Assembly (NCBI GenBank): GCA_021810605.1
Contig: JAJZIL010000002.1
Span: 1,109-65,108 of the forward strand
Reading direction: 5' to 3'
Source of the DNA: a bacterium
GTDB taxonomy: Bacteria > Patescibacteriota > Dojkabacteria > JAKAPS01 > JAJZLI01
Length of the DNA: 64,000 bases
In this document: positions 1 to 9,077 of the stretch, piece after piece
Layout: each line of letters starts with the position of its first letter
Numbering within the stretch: the first letter of the stretch is position 1
The notes under the pieces: generated by a model
The model's input: only the letters and a program-made list of their open reading frames with translations
Databases searched by the model: none
Told to the model about the DNA's origin: nothing
Position numbers and translations under genes: made by a program

Positions 1-1
1 A

Positions 2-2107
2 ACTAAAGCAGGAACTTTATCTAAATTTTTAGATAAGAGTTTTTCTGTAATAGCAACTAAAGGACATATAGAAGATTTACCTAAAAGTAGTTTAGGTATA
101 GATTTAGATAATCATTTTGCACCTGAGTATAAAATATTAAAAGATAAGGAAAAATTATTAAAGGAAATTCAGAAAAATGTTAATGTTGCAGATACTGTAT
201 ATATAGCAACAGATCCTGATAGAGAAGGAGAAGCTATTGGTTGGCATTTATTACAGAATTTAAAATTAGATAATAAAAAAATTTTAAGAATAACTTTTCA
301 TGAGATTACAAAAAATGCATTAATGGAAGCTTTAGATGAGGCTCATGATTTAAATTATGATCTAGTTAATTCTCAAGTAGCTAGAAGAGTTTTAGATAGA
401 ATAGTTGGATACAAATTATCTCCATTACTTTGGGAGAAAATTAGATATGGATTATCTGCAGGAAGAGTTCAATCTGTTGCATTAAAATTAATAGTTGATA
501 GGGAAAAAGAGATACAAGCTTTTAAAACTGAAGAGTATTGGGATATTACTAGTGATTTTAATATAAATTCTCTCTCAATAACATTTAAATTAAATAAATT
601 GGATGGTAAAAAAATTAAAATAAGTAATGAATTAGACGCAAACAGTATAGTAGAAGATATCTCGAAAGGTACTCCAAATCTAAAAGAAATTAAAAACAGT
701 CAAATGAAGAAGAACCCTAAACCTCCATATACTACATCTACTCTTCAGCAAGATTCAAATTTAAAATTAGGGTTTTCTTCAAAGAAAACTATGATGATTG
801 CACAAATGTTATATGAAGGATTAGATGTAAATGGAGAAAATATTGGATTAATTACTTATATGAGAACAGATTCAGTTTCATTATCAGAAAATTCTATTAA
901 TGATATTAGATCTTTTATAACAAAAAAGTATTCAAAAGAATATCTTCCTAATAGTAAGAATATCTATAAAGTAAAGACAAAATTAGCTCAAGAAGCACAT
1001 GAAGCTATAAGACCTTCTGATATAAATAAATCTCCTGAGCAAATAAAAAAATATCTAACTAAAGATCAATATAATTTATATAAGTTGATTTGGTCTAGAG
1101 CAATTGCTTCTCAAATGAATTCTGCAATATATAGTAATAAAAAATTACTTTTAGATGTAAAGTTGGGAAAGAAAGTTTATGATTTTTCTACTAATTTTTC
1201 TGATCTAGTTTTTGATGGATATAAAGTTATTTATAATGATAACAATAAGAAAGAAGTTGAAAAAACAAATATATTTCCTTTTAATAATTTGTCTGAGATA
1301 AATAGTGTCTTATTTATTAAATCTGAAAAATTTCAACATTTTACAGAACCTCCTCCAAGATATAATGATGCATCTCTAATTAAAAAATGTGAAGAATCTG
1401 GTATAGGTAGACCTTCAACATATTCTACTATAATATCAACATTAATTAGTAGGACATATATTGAAAGAAAGGATAGAGCATTTATTCCTACTGATACTGG
1501 TGTAGTTGTTAGTGATTTTTTAGAAAAATATTTTTCTAATATAGTAGATATAAATTTTACATCAGATATGGAAGATGATTTAGATAAAGTCGCATCAGGA
1601 AAGCTTAATTGGGAAAAGGTTGTTTCAGATTTTTATTATCCTTTTGAGAAAGAAATTATTGATAAGGAGAAGAGTATAGATAAAAGTGATATTACTAATT
1701 TAGGAAAATCTGATGAAAAATGTCCTGAATGTGGAGCGGAAATGTTTATTAAATTAGGTAAATATGGAAAATTTTTGAGTTGTTCTAGATATCCTGAATG
1801 TAAAGGAATGAAATCTATAACTGTAGGAGAACCTCAAGAAGTAGATGAAAAGTGTCCTGAATGTAATGCTGAATTAGTTTTAAAAAAAGGTAGATTTGGT
1901 GATTTCTTTGCCTGTAGTAGATATCCTGAATGTAAATATACTAAATCATTAAAGAATAATGAAAAAAAAGTACTAGAAATAACTTGTCCTGAATGTGGAG
2001 TAGGTAAAATAGTTGAATTAAGAAATAAGAGAGGACAGATATTTTATGGATGCAGTAATTATCCTAAATGTCATTTTACATCAAATAATTTAGATAAAAT
2101 TAAGTAA
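2..2107 (+). CDS. topA: DNA topoisomerase I (5'-partial, begins before window)
   Basis: Frame open from position 2 (TKAGTLSKFL...ATKGHIEDLP; ATDPDREGEAI TOPRIM motif); SAGRVQS, LITYMRTDS, AQEAHEAIRP; three C-terminal C4 zinc-ribbon repeats. Confidence 0.97.
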   Translation, partial: TKAGTLSKFLDKSFSVIATKGHIEDLPKSSLGIDLDNHFAPEYKILKDKEKLLKEIQKNVNVADTVYIATDPDREGEAIGWHLLQNLKLDNKKILRITFHEITKNALMEALDEAHDLNYDLVNSQVARRVLDRIVGYKLSPLLWEKIRYGLSAGRVQSVALKLIVDREKEIQAFKTEEYWDITSDFNINSLSITFKLNKLDGKKIKISNELDANSIVEDISKGTPNLKEIKNSQMKKNPKPPYTTSTLQQDSNLKLGFSSKKTMMIAQMLYEGLDVNGENIGLITYMRTDSVSLSENSINDIRSFITKKYSKEYLPNSKNIYKVKTKLAQEAHEAIRPSDINKSPEQIKKYLTKDQYNLYKLIWSRAIASQMNSAIYSNKKLLLDVKLGKKVYDFSTNFSDLVFDGYKVIYNDNNKKEVEKTNIFPFNNLSEINSVLFIKSEKFQHFTEPPPRYNDASLIKKCEESGIGRPSTYSTIISTLISRTYIERKDRAFIPTDTGVVVSDFLEKYFSNIVDINFTSDMEDDLDKVASGKLNWEKVVSDFYYPFEKEIIDKEKSIDKSDITNLGKSDEKCPECGAEMFIKLGKYGKFLSCSRYPECKGMKSITVGEPQEVDEKCPECNAELVLKKGRFGDFFACSRYPECKYTKSLKNNEKKVLEITCPECGVGKIVELRNKRGQIFYGCSNYPKCHFTSNNLDKIK

Positions 2108-2111
2108 TGGT

Positions 2112-2140
2112 TTGTCATCTTTGTAATTAGATGTTATAAT
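2112..2140 (+). promoter_or_regulatory. sigma70-type promoter of rpsB operon
   Basis: TTGTCA-17 bp-TATAAT with extended -10 TG at 2132-2133. Confidence 0.75.
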
Positions 2141-2157
2141 TTTATCATTATTTTATA

Positions 2158-2230
2158 TCACGCACACTTAAATATCTCTTTCCTTAAATATATTTGAGGT
2201 TATTTTAAGTGGAAGTTTAAAGGAGAAATT
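2158..2230 (+). promoter_or_regulatory. probable rpsB (S2) autoregulatory leader
   Basis: CACGCACAC start; CACTTAAA pairs with TTTAAGTG forming a long stem upstream of the AAGGAG Shine-Dalgarno; expected position for the S2 leader. Confidence 0.5.
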
Positions 2231-2914
2231 ATGGAAATAACTTTACAAGATTTACTTCAAGCAGGAGTTCACTTTGGTCATCAGACTAAGAGATGGAATC
2301 CTAAAATGAAAAAATATATTTATACTTCAGTTAGTGGTTCTCATATAATAAATTTAGATCTGACTTTGGATTTATTAAATGAAGCTGTTAAATTTTTAAT
2401 TAATCTTAATCCAGAAAATATTTTATTTGTAGGAACAAAGAAGCAAATACAGGATATAGTAAAAGAAAAAGCATCATCAATTAATGCCTTTTATATAAAT
2501 GAGAGATGGCCAGGTGGGTTATTAACAAATTTTAAAACTGTTTCAATTAGTTTGAAAAAAATTGATGAGTATGACAAAATTTTAACAGATGATAGTGTTA
2601 ATAATACTAGAACTAAACTAGAATTATTAAAAATATCAGAAGAAAGAGAAAAATTACTTAAAATGTATGGTGGAGTAAGAGGTTTCTCTCAAAAGTTGGA
2701 TGCAATAGTTGTAATAGATGTTAAAATAGAGCAAGTAGCAATTAAAGAGGCTAAGAAATTAGGTATTCCTATAGTTGCTATAGTTGATACAAATGTTGAT
2801 CCAGATTTGATTGATTATCCTATTCCAGGAAATGATGATGGGATAAAATCAGTAGATTTGATTTTAAGTTATATTGTAAATAATATTAAAAATAGAAAGG
2901 TAGTAAAAAAATGA
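2231..2914 (+). CDS. rpsB: 30S ribosomal protein S2
   Basis: AGVHFGHQTKRWNPKM, RWPGGLLTN, IPGNDD motifs. Confidence 0.98.
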   Translation: MEITLQDLLQAGVHFGHQTKRWNPKMKKYIYTSVSGSHIINLDLTLDLLNEAVKFLINLNPENILFVGTKKQIQDIVKEKASSINAFYINERWPGGLLTNFKTVSISLKKIDEYDKILTDDSVNNTRTKLELLKISEEREKLLKMYGGVRGFSQKLDAIVVIDVKIEQVAIKEAKKLGIPIVAIVDTNVDPDLIDYPIPGNDDGIKSVDLILSYIVNNIKNRKVVKK

Positions 2915-3504
2915 GTATAAGTGTAGATTTAATAAAACAATTAAGAGATATGACTGGTGCAGGTGTATCTGATTGTAAAAAAGCATTAGAGGAGTCTAAT
3001 GGTGATTTGAAAGAAGCAATTAGTGTTTTGAAAAAGAATGGATTTGCAAAATCATTATCCAGGAATTCTAGGGAAGTTTATGAAGGATGGATTGGAAGTT
3101 ATATTCACCATAACGGGAGATTAGCTTCTTTGGTCATGTTAATGTGTGAAACTGATTTTGTTGCAAGAACAGATTTATTTAAAGAGTTATCACACTCATT
3201 AGCAGTACAAGTTGTTACATCAAATCCTATTTATATCTCTAGAGAAGATATTCCTCAAGAAGTTTTAGATAAAGAAATAAATATAATAAAAGAGGAGAAA
3301 GGTTTTTTAGAAAAAACTAAAGATTTACAAGAGAAAATTATAGAAGGAAAATTAGAGAAAGTCTTTACAGAGATATGTTTTATGGATCAAGTCTTTTATA
3401 AGGATGATAGTTTGAAAGTTGTAGAAGTTATTAATGATGCTATTGCAAAGACAGGAGAAAATATAAAAATATCTAAGTTTGTTCGATTTGAGTTGGGAAA
3501 TTAA
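2911..3504 (+). CDS. tsf: elongation factor Ts (short form)
   Basis: LRDMTGAGVSDCKKAL, CETDFVA, GENIKISKFVRF; follows rpsB. Confidence 0.97.
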   Translation: MSISVDLIKQLRDMTGAGVSDCKKALEESNGDLKEAISVLKKNGFAKSLSRNSREVYEGWIGSYIHHNGRLASLVMLMCETDFVARTDLFKELSHSLAVQVVTSNPIYISREDIPQEVLDKEINIIKEEKGFLEKTKDLQEKIIEGKLEKVFTEICFMDQVFYKDDSLKVVEVINDAIAKTGENIKISKFVRFELGN

Positions 3505-4052
3505 TGGATATTAAAGATTTTAAAGAAAAAATATCTAAAAATATAGATTTTTTTATAAAAGAAGTAAAGTCTTTACGAACTGGAAAAGCAAACATCTCAT
3601 TAGTTGAAGATATAAAAGTAGAAGTATATTCTAGTAATATGTTGTTATCTCAGTTAGCTACAATTACTACTCCAGATTTTAATCTTATTTTAATTCAACC
3701 TTGGGATAAATCAAGTATAGATCCAATTTATAATTCTTTAATAAGTTCTAGTCTTGGATTTAATCCTATTAAATCTGTTGATGATATAAGGTTGCCTATA
3801 CCTCCTTTAAGTGAAGAAAGAAGGAAAGAATATGTTAAATTATTGAATTCAAAATTAGAGGAATCTAAGATTTCTTTAAGGAATATAAGAAAAGATTTTC
3901 TAAATAGTATAAAGAAGCTTGAAGAAGATAAAGAAATAAGTGAAACTGAAATGAAAAAAATAGAAGAAGATGTTGATAAAGTAATGAAGGAAGGAAATGA
4001 AGAATTAAATAAAATATATGAATTAAAAAAAGAAGAACTTTTAACTATTTAA
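3504..4052 (+). CDS. frr: ribosome recycling factor
   Basis: LRTGKAN, IQPWD, PPLSEERRKE, SLRNIRKD motifs. Confidence 0.96.
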   Translation: MDIKDFKEKISKNIDFFIKEVKSLRTGKANISLVEDIKVEVYSSNMLLSQLATITTPDFNLILIQPWDKSSIDPIYNSLISSSLGFNPIKSVDDIRLPIPPLSEERRKEYVKLLNSKLEESKISLRNIRKDFLNSIKKLEEDKEISETEMKKIEEDVDKVMKEGNEELNKIYELKKEELLTI

Positions 4053-4055
4053 AAT

Positions 4056-5207
4056 ATGATATACGTAATAACTCTTATAATTTTCATAATACTTTTAAGT
4101 TTTTTAATCATAATACATGAATGGGGGCATATGTATGTAGCTCTAAAAAGAGGAGTAATAGTTCAAAGTTTTGCTATTGGTTTTGGACCTAAAATATTTT
4201 CTTTTACGAGGAATGGAATAGAGTATAGATTAAACGTCCTGCCTTTTGGAGGGTATGTAAGTTTGTTTGGAGATGAAGATCCTACTAATAAATTAAAAGG
4301 ATCATTGGCTGCTGCAACTCCATTAACTAAGTTTTTTATAACAATTGCAGGAGTAGTAATGAATTTCATTTTTGCTGTTATATTCTTATTCTTATTTCTA
4401 ATTGTTATTAATTTTAAATTTTATTATTCAAATATTATTCCTAATTTTAATTTTACATTTGGAACAAATGTAAATAATTTACTATTTTCTGCAATTCCTA
4501 ATAATAAAACATCTACTTTATACAAAGATCATATAAAAGGTGTATATATAATTAATAAGATTAATAATGAGAATATCAATTCTGTTAAACAGATAGAAAG
4601 TATAGTAGATAGTAATAAAGGGAAATATTTGAAATTTAACTATACAAAAGTAAATAATTTGAGTTTATTTGGTATCTCTTTAGGAAATACATATACCAAA
4701 GAGTTTTTATCCAGAAAGAATTATCCTAAGAATTCTGGTCCTGTAGGAATATCTATAGAAGAAATATCTCATATAGAATTCCAATCAATCCCTGCTAAAA
4801 TTGGTTCTTTATTAACATTTCCTTATGATGTTATACAATTAACATTTCAAGGTTTTTATTATTTAATTCATCAATCTATAAAGCAGAATAATTCTAAAAT
4901 TCTAACTAGTCAAGTAGCTGGTCCTGTAGGAATATATATGTATACTAATATATTATTCCAAAATGATGGATTAACGGGTGTACTTTTCATATTTGGGATC
5001 ATATCTCTTTCTTTATCAATAATGAATTTACTCCCAATTCCTCCATTAGACGGTTTTTATGTTTTACTTTCAATTCTAGAGGGAGTGTTCTCTATTAAGA
5101 TTAATGATAAATGGATGTATTATCTTTCTATGATAGGCGTTGTATTTTTTATTATTCTTATGGTCCTAGTTACTCTTAATGATTTAATAAATTTCAAAAT
5201 AATTTAA
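4056..5207 (+). CDS. rseP: RseP-like M50 intramembrane zinc metalloprotease
   Basis: HEWGH, FAIGFGP, PFGGYV, NLLPIPPLDG motifs; hydrophobic segments. Confidence 0.92.
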   Translation: MIYVITLIIFIILLSFLIIIHEWGHMYVALKRGVIVQSFAIGFGPKIFSFTRNGIEYRLNVLPFGGYVSLFGDEDPTNKLKGSLAAATPLTKFFITIAGVVMNFIFAVIFLFLFLIVINFKFYYSNIIPNFNFTFGTNVNNLLFSAIPNNKTSTLYKDHIKGVYIINKINNENINSVKQIESIVDSNKGKYLKFNYTKVNNLSLFGISLGNTYTKEFLSRKNYPKNSGPVGISIEEISHIEFQSIPAKIGSLLTFPYDVIQLTFQGFYYLIHQSIKQNNSKILTSQVAGPVGIYMYTNILFQNDGLTGVLFIFGIISLSLSIMNLLPIPPLDGFYVLLSILEGVFSIKINDKWMYYLSMIGVVFFIILMVLVTLNDLINFKII

Positions 5208-5414
5208 ATTGTATTTTTTATTAATTAAAATACTATATTTACTTTGTAGTGTATGATTATTGATACTATACTTTAAATAAATTTTTCTTATAATTTATTG
5301 TAATATTTACTTAATTTCATAATTAGATTATTAATAAGTGATTTTGTTTAATTTTAAGTAGTCAAATTTAGTTTTACATTTTATAGATATTTTTTTTGAA
5401 TAATTTCTATAAAT

Positions 5415-5443
5415 TTGACAAATTAGGCTTTTTTACATAATAT
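5415..5443 (+). promoter_or_regulatory. putative sigma70 promoter
   Basis: TTGACA-17 bp-TAATAT about 10 bp before the ATG at 5453 (near-leaderless). Confidence 0.45.
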
Positions 5444-5452
5444 ACTTCATAT

Positions 5453-6922
5453 ATGGGTGTAGAAAATCTATCTGAACTACCACCTCGAGAAATTAAGGAT
5501 ATTGATATCATACAAGGAGGTATGGGGATAGGAGTTTCTTGGTATAAGCTTGCAGGGGCTGTAGCAGCAGAAGGTGCAATGGGGGTTATCTCTGGAACTG
5601 TTATTGGTCCAGTATTAGCTAGACGTCTACAAGAAGGTGATCCTAATGGACTTATGCGAGAAGCATTAAAAGCTTTTCCAGATCAAGAAATATCTGGTCG
5701 AATTATAGAAAGATACTATTCAGAGGAAGGTCATAAAGATAATTTCCCATATAAATCTGTACCAATGTTTAATATTGATAGTAGTGGATATGCCTTGGAA
5801 CTAAATATGGTAGGTGCTTTTGTGGAAGTATGGTTAGCTAAACATATAGCATCTGAGAAAAGTAAAAATCCTGGTCCTATAGGTATGAATCTATTAACAA
5901 AGTTACAAGCACCTACACTCAGTGCACTTTATGGGGCAATGTTGGCTGGAGTTGATTGTATTATTATGGGTGCTGGGATCCCCCATGATATTCCAGAACA
6001 ACTTAATAATCTAGTACTTGGTAAAGAAGCGCGTCTTAGATTTGATGTTACAGGATCCAAACAAAATCATTATATTACTTTTAATCCAGAAAATTACCCT
6101 AATTTATTAAATAAAGTTTATCATGAAAAACTTAAAAGGCCTACATTTTTAGCTATAGTTGCATCAAATACTTTAGCTAAAAGACTTTCTAATAAGGATT
6201 GTCCACCCAATGGATTTATTATTGAAGGTCCAACTGCTGGTGGTCATAATGCTCCACCACGAGATAAAGTTAACTATGGTGATCGTGATATTGTAGATAT
6301 AGATGAGATTGCTGAATTAGAAAGACCTTTTTGGTTAGCTGGTGGTTATGATCACCCTCAAAAGGTCGAAGAAGCTAAGAAAAAAGGAGCTAATGGGGTA
6401 CAAGTTGGTACTGCATTTGCTATATGTGAGGATTCTGGAATATCTCCACAATTGAAAAAAAAGATAATTGAAGAAATAATGAATGATGGTATTGAGGTAG
6501 TGACTGATATGTTAGCATCTCCTACGGGATTTCCATTTAAAGTAGTTCAACTTTCTGGTACAATATCGGAGAGTGATGTATTAAAAAATCGTCAAAAAGT
6601 TTGTGATTTAGGATTTCTTAGGGAAGCATATGTTTCAGGTATATCAGAGGATGGAAAAGAGATAATAAATTATCGTTGTGCATCTGAGCCAGAAAAGGAT
6701 TATATAAAGAAGGGAGGAAATTTGGAAGATACTGTTGGACGTACATGTCTATGTAATGCATTAATGGCGACAATTGAATTGGGTCAAACTCATCATGGTA
6801 AAAAAGAAGATCCTATTGTTACAGCTGGAGATACTCTAAACGATATAACTAGAAGGCTTGTATCTATATATGGTAAAGATATTTCTGCTAAAGATGTAGT
6901 AATGTATTTACGTGGTAATTAA
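5453..6922 (+). CDS. nitronate monooxygenase / 2-nitropropane dioxygenase family FMN oxidoreductase
   Basis: IIQGGMGIGVS, MGAGIP, EGPTAGGHNAPPR, LAGG, GVQVGTAF, SPTGFPFK; C-terminal CDLG..C..CLCN cysteines. Confidence 0.88.
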   Translation: MGVENLSELPPREIKDIDIIQGGMGIGVSWYKLAGAVAAEGAMGVISGTVIGPVLARRLQEGDPNGLMREALKAFPDQEISGRIIERYYSEEGHKDNFPYKSVPMFNIDSSGYALELNMVGAFVEVWLAKHIASEKSKNPGPIGMNLLTKLQAPTLSALYGAMLAGVDCIIMGAGIPHDIPEQLNNLVLGKEARLRFDVTGSKQNHYITFNPENYPNLLNKVYHEKLKRPTFLAIVASNTLAKRLSNKDCPPNGFIIEGPTAGGHNAPPRDKVNYGDRDIVDIDEIAELERPFWLAGGYDHPQKVEEAKKKGANGVQVGTAFAICEDSGISPQLKKKIIEEIMNDGIEVVTDMLASPTGFPFKVVQLSGTISESDVLKNRQKVCDLGFLREAYVSGISEDGKEIINYRCASEPEKDYIKKGGNLEDTVGRTCLCNALMATIELGQTHHGKKEDPIVTAGDTLNDITRRLVSIYGKDISAKDVVMYLRGN

Positions 6923-7121
6923 TAAATTCATTATCTTTTTACTTTTTATAGAGTAGGTTTCTATGATCTCTTGATTATATTTGAAATAATATATATTTAT
7001 TAGTGTATTTTTTCTTTTATGTCTAAAAATCCCAGTATACTCTTTGGTATAAGTTATTGATAAGATAAATTTGTTGACAAAAAATTTTTATGATATACTA
7101 CCATAAGAATGTTTATGTTTT

Positions 7122-7466
7122 ATGATGAACGAGGATTGTATATTTTGTAAAATTATAAAAAAAGAGATAGATTCAGATATAATATTTGAAGATGATCAAT
7201 TTATAGTTTTTTCAGATATATCTCCAGTAGCAGAAATACATAAATTGATAGTTCCTAAGAAGCATATAAATAATTTATTAGATTTTAAAGATAATAATTT
7301 AAATGTTTATTGGGAAGATGCCATTAAAATAATTAATAAATTAGTAGATATTTTAAACGTTTCTAATTTTAAAATAGTTATAAATAATGGTGATAAATTA
7401 CAGTTAATTAAGCATTTACACATACATTTCCTTAGTGGAAATAAAGTAAGTGATAAAGTTAATTAG
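7122..7466 (+). CDS. HIT family nucleotide-binding protein
   Basis: DCIFCKII and HLHIHFL histidine triad. Confidence 0.93.
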   Translation: MMNEDCIFCKIIKKEIDSDIIFEDDQFIVFSDISPVAEIHKLIVPKKHINNLLDFKDNNLNVYWEDAIKIINKLVDILNVSNFKIVINNGDKLQLIKHLHIHFLSGNKVSDKVN

Positions 7467-7480
7467 GAGGTGAATATTAT

Positions 7481-7708
7481 ATGGCAGTAATAGTAAGAGA
7501 AAATGAAGCTTTTGAATCAGCTTGGAGGAGGTTTACGCGTGAATTAGTTAGTAATGGAGTTTTAGAAGAGTTAAAAGAAAGAGCTTATTATAAAAAACCA
7601 TCTGTAGAAAGAACTGCTCTTAGAAGAGAATTCAAAAAAAGAAAAACTAAACACCATAGAGCAATGAGAAAGATTAAAAGTAAATATGGTAAAGGTTTTT
7701 CTATGTAA
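7481..7708 (+). CDS. rpsU: 30S ribosomal protein S21
   Basis: VRENEAFESAWRRF, YYKKPS, basic C-terminus; strong AGGAGG SD; precedes yqeY. Confidence 0.88.
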   Translation: MAVIVRENEAFESAWRRFTRELVSNGVLEELKERAYYKKPSVERTALRREFKKRKTKHHRAMRKIKSKYGKGFSM

Positions 7709-7719
7709 TTACAATTTAT

Positions 7720-8160
7720 ATGTATAATAAATTACAAGATGATTTGAAAACTTGCATGAAAAATAAGGATAATGAAAAGTTATCTGTTATTCGGTTATTA
7801 TATTCTCAGATTAAAAATGAAGCTATCAATTTAAGAGTTACTGATATTAGTGATGATATTTTTTTCTCTGTATTGAAGAAATCTATAAAAGAGATTACAG
7901 AAAATATAGATAATTATTCTAAATTAGGAAGAGAGGATCTTTCTAAAAAAGAAAAGTATGAATTATCTATATTAAATGATTACCTACCTAAGCAATTATC
8001 TGATGAAGATCTATTTAATATAGTCAAAGAAGAAGTAAATAAAATTGAAGGATTTTCTCAAAAAGATATTGGTATTATTATAAGAAAAATAACTGAAGAG
8101 TATAAAAATCAAGTTGATGGAAAAAGAGTAAGTGATATTATAAGTAAATCTTTTTTATGA
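7720..8160 (+). CDS. yqeY: GatB/YqeY domain protein
   Basis: DLKTCMKNKD, GREDL..KE..E...L..YLPKQLS, VDGK; rpsU-yqeY synteny. Confidence 0.9.
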   Translation: MYNKLQDDLKTCMKNKDNEKLSVIRLLYSQIKNEAINLRVTDISDDIFFSVLKKSIKEITENIDNYSKLGREDLSKKEKYELSILNDYLPKQLSDEDLFNIVKEEVNKIEGFSQKDIGIIIRKITEEYKNQVDGKRVSDIISKSFL

Positions 8161-8573
8161 TATATAAAAGTTATAATAGTTTATATGATATTAATAAAAA
8201 AAGATTTACTTATATTACTTCAAATGTTTTTCAGTATCTTAACTTAGATAAAAAACAATTTTCATTATTTATTGTTGGTAAATATAAAATAAAATCATTA
8301 AATTGCTATTATAATAATATAAATTCAGTGACAGATGTTTTGGCGTTAGAATATAAGGATCCTTTTTATATAGGGGATATATACATATGTCCAGATATAA
8401 TTTATAAAAATTCCAAAAAATTTAACTGTTCTTTTTTTGAAGAACTAGATAGAATTTTTATACATGGATTATTACATATTTTAGGATATGATCATATCAA
8501 CCCCTTAAATACATCAGAAAAAATGTTTATAATTCAAGAAGATATATTGAAGAAACTAAAATGGAATATTTAA
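8157..8573 (+). CDS. ybeY: rRNA maturation endoribonuclease YbeY
   Basis: TDVL, GDIYIC, HGLLHILGYDH motif. Confidence 0.93.
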   Translation: MIYKSYNSLYDINKKRFTYITSNVFQYLNLDKKQFSLFIVGKYKIKSLNCYYNNINSVTDVLALEYKDPFYIGDIYICPDIIYKNSKKFNCSFFEELDRIFIHGLLHILGYDHINPLNTSEKMFIIQEDILKKLKWNI

Positions 8574-9073
8574 TAGTAGGGTTAGGAAATCCAGGATTAG
8601 AATATAAGGACTCTAGACATAATATAGGGTTTATGTGTGTAGATTTTTTAGTAGAAAATATTAAACTAGATAGTAAAGATTTCACTTTTAATAAAGGTTT
8701 TAATTCTAATATATTGAAATATAATAATATATTATTTTTGAAACCAGATACATTTATGAATAATTCTGGATATGCTGTTTCTAGAGCAGTAAATTATTAT
8801 AAATTTGATAAAATTTATATAGTTTACGATGACTTAGATTTAAATTTAGGTGATTTTAAAATCGGAGATAAATATCCTAAAACTCATAATGGTGTAATGT
8901 CAATTAAAGAACAAGTAAATAATTCTTTTATTAGTATTAGAATTGGTATAGATAATAATCGTAATATTAATATTCCTGGAATTGATTATGTCCTTGGTAA
9001 AATTTCTAGAGAAGAAAAATTAATACTAAATGGCGTATTTAGTAATATCCTAACAGAACTTAAATTTCTATAA
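8561..9073 (+). CDS. pth: peptidyl-tRNA hydrolase
   Basis: LIVGLGNPG, RHNIGF, KPDTFMNNSG, YDDLD, HNG. Confidence 0.96.
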   Translation: MEYLIVGLGNPGLEYKDSRHNIGFMCVDFLVENIKLDSKDFTFNKGFNSNILKYNNILFLKPDTFMNNSGYAVSRAVNYYKFDKIYIVYDDLDLNLGDFKIGDKYPKTHNGVMSIKEQVNNSFISIRIGIDNNRNINIPGIDYVLGKISREEKLILNGVFSNILTELKFL

Positions 9074-9077
9074 AATT

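Noticed and set aside
1712-2070. Repeated TGTCCTGAATGT and AGATATCCTGAATGTAAA motifs
   Set aside because: These are the ordinary zinc-ribbon repeats of TopA
4735-4936. Repeated CTGGTCCTGTAGGAATAT in rseP
   Set aside because: Two in-frame GPVGI peptides with biased codon usage; no sign of a mobile or regulatory role
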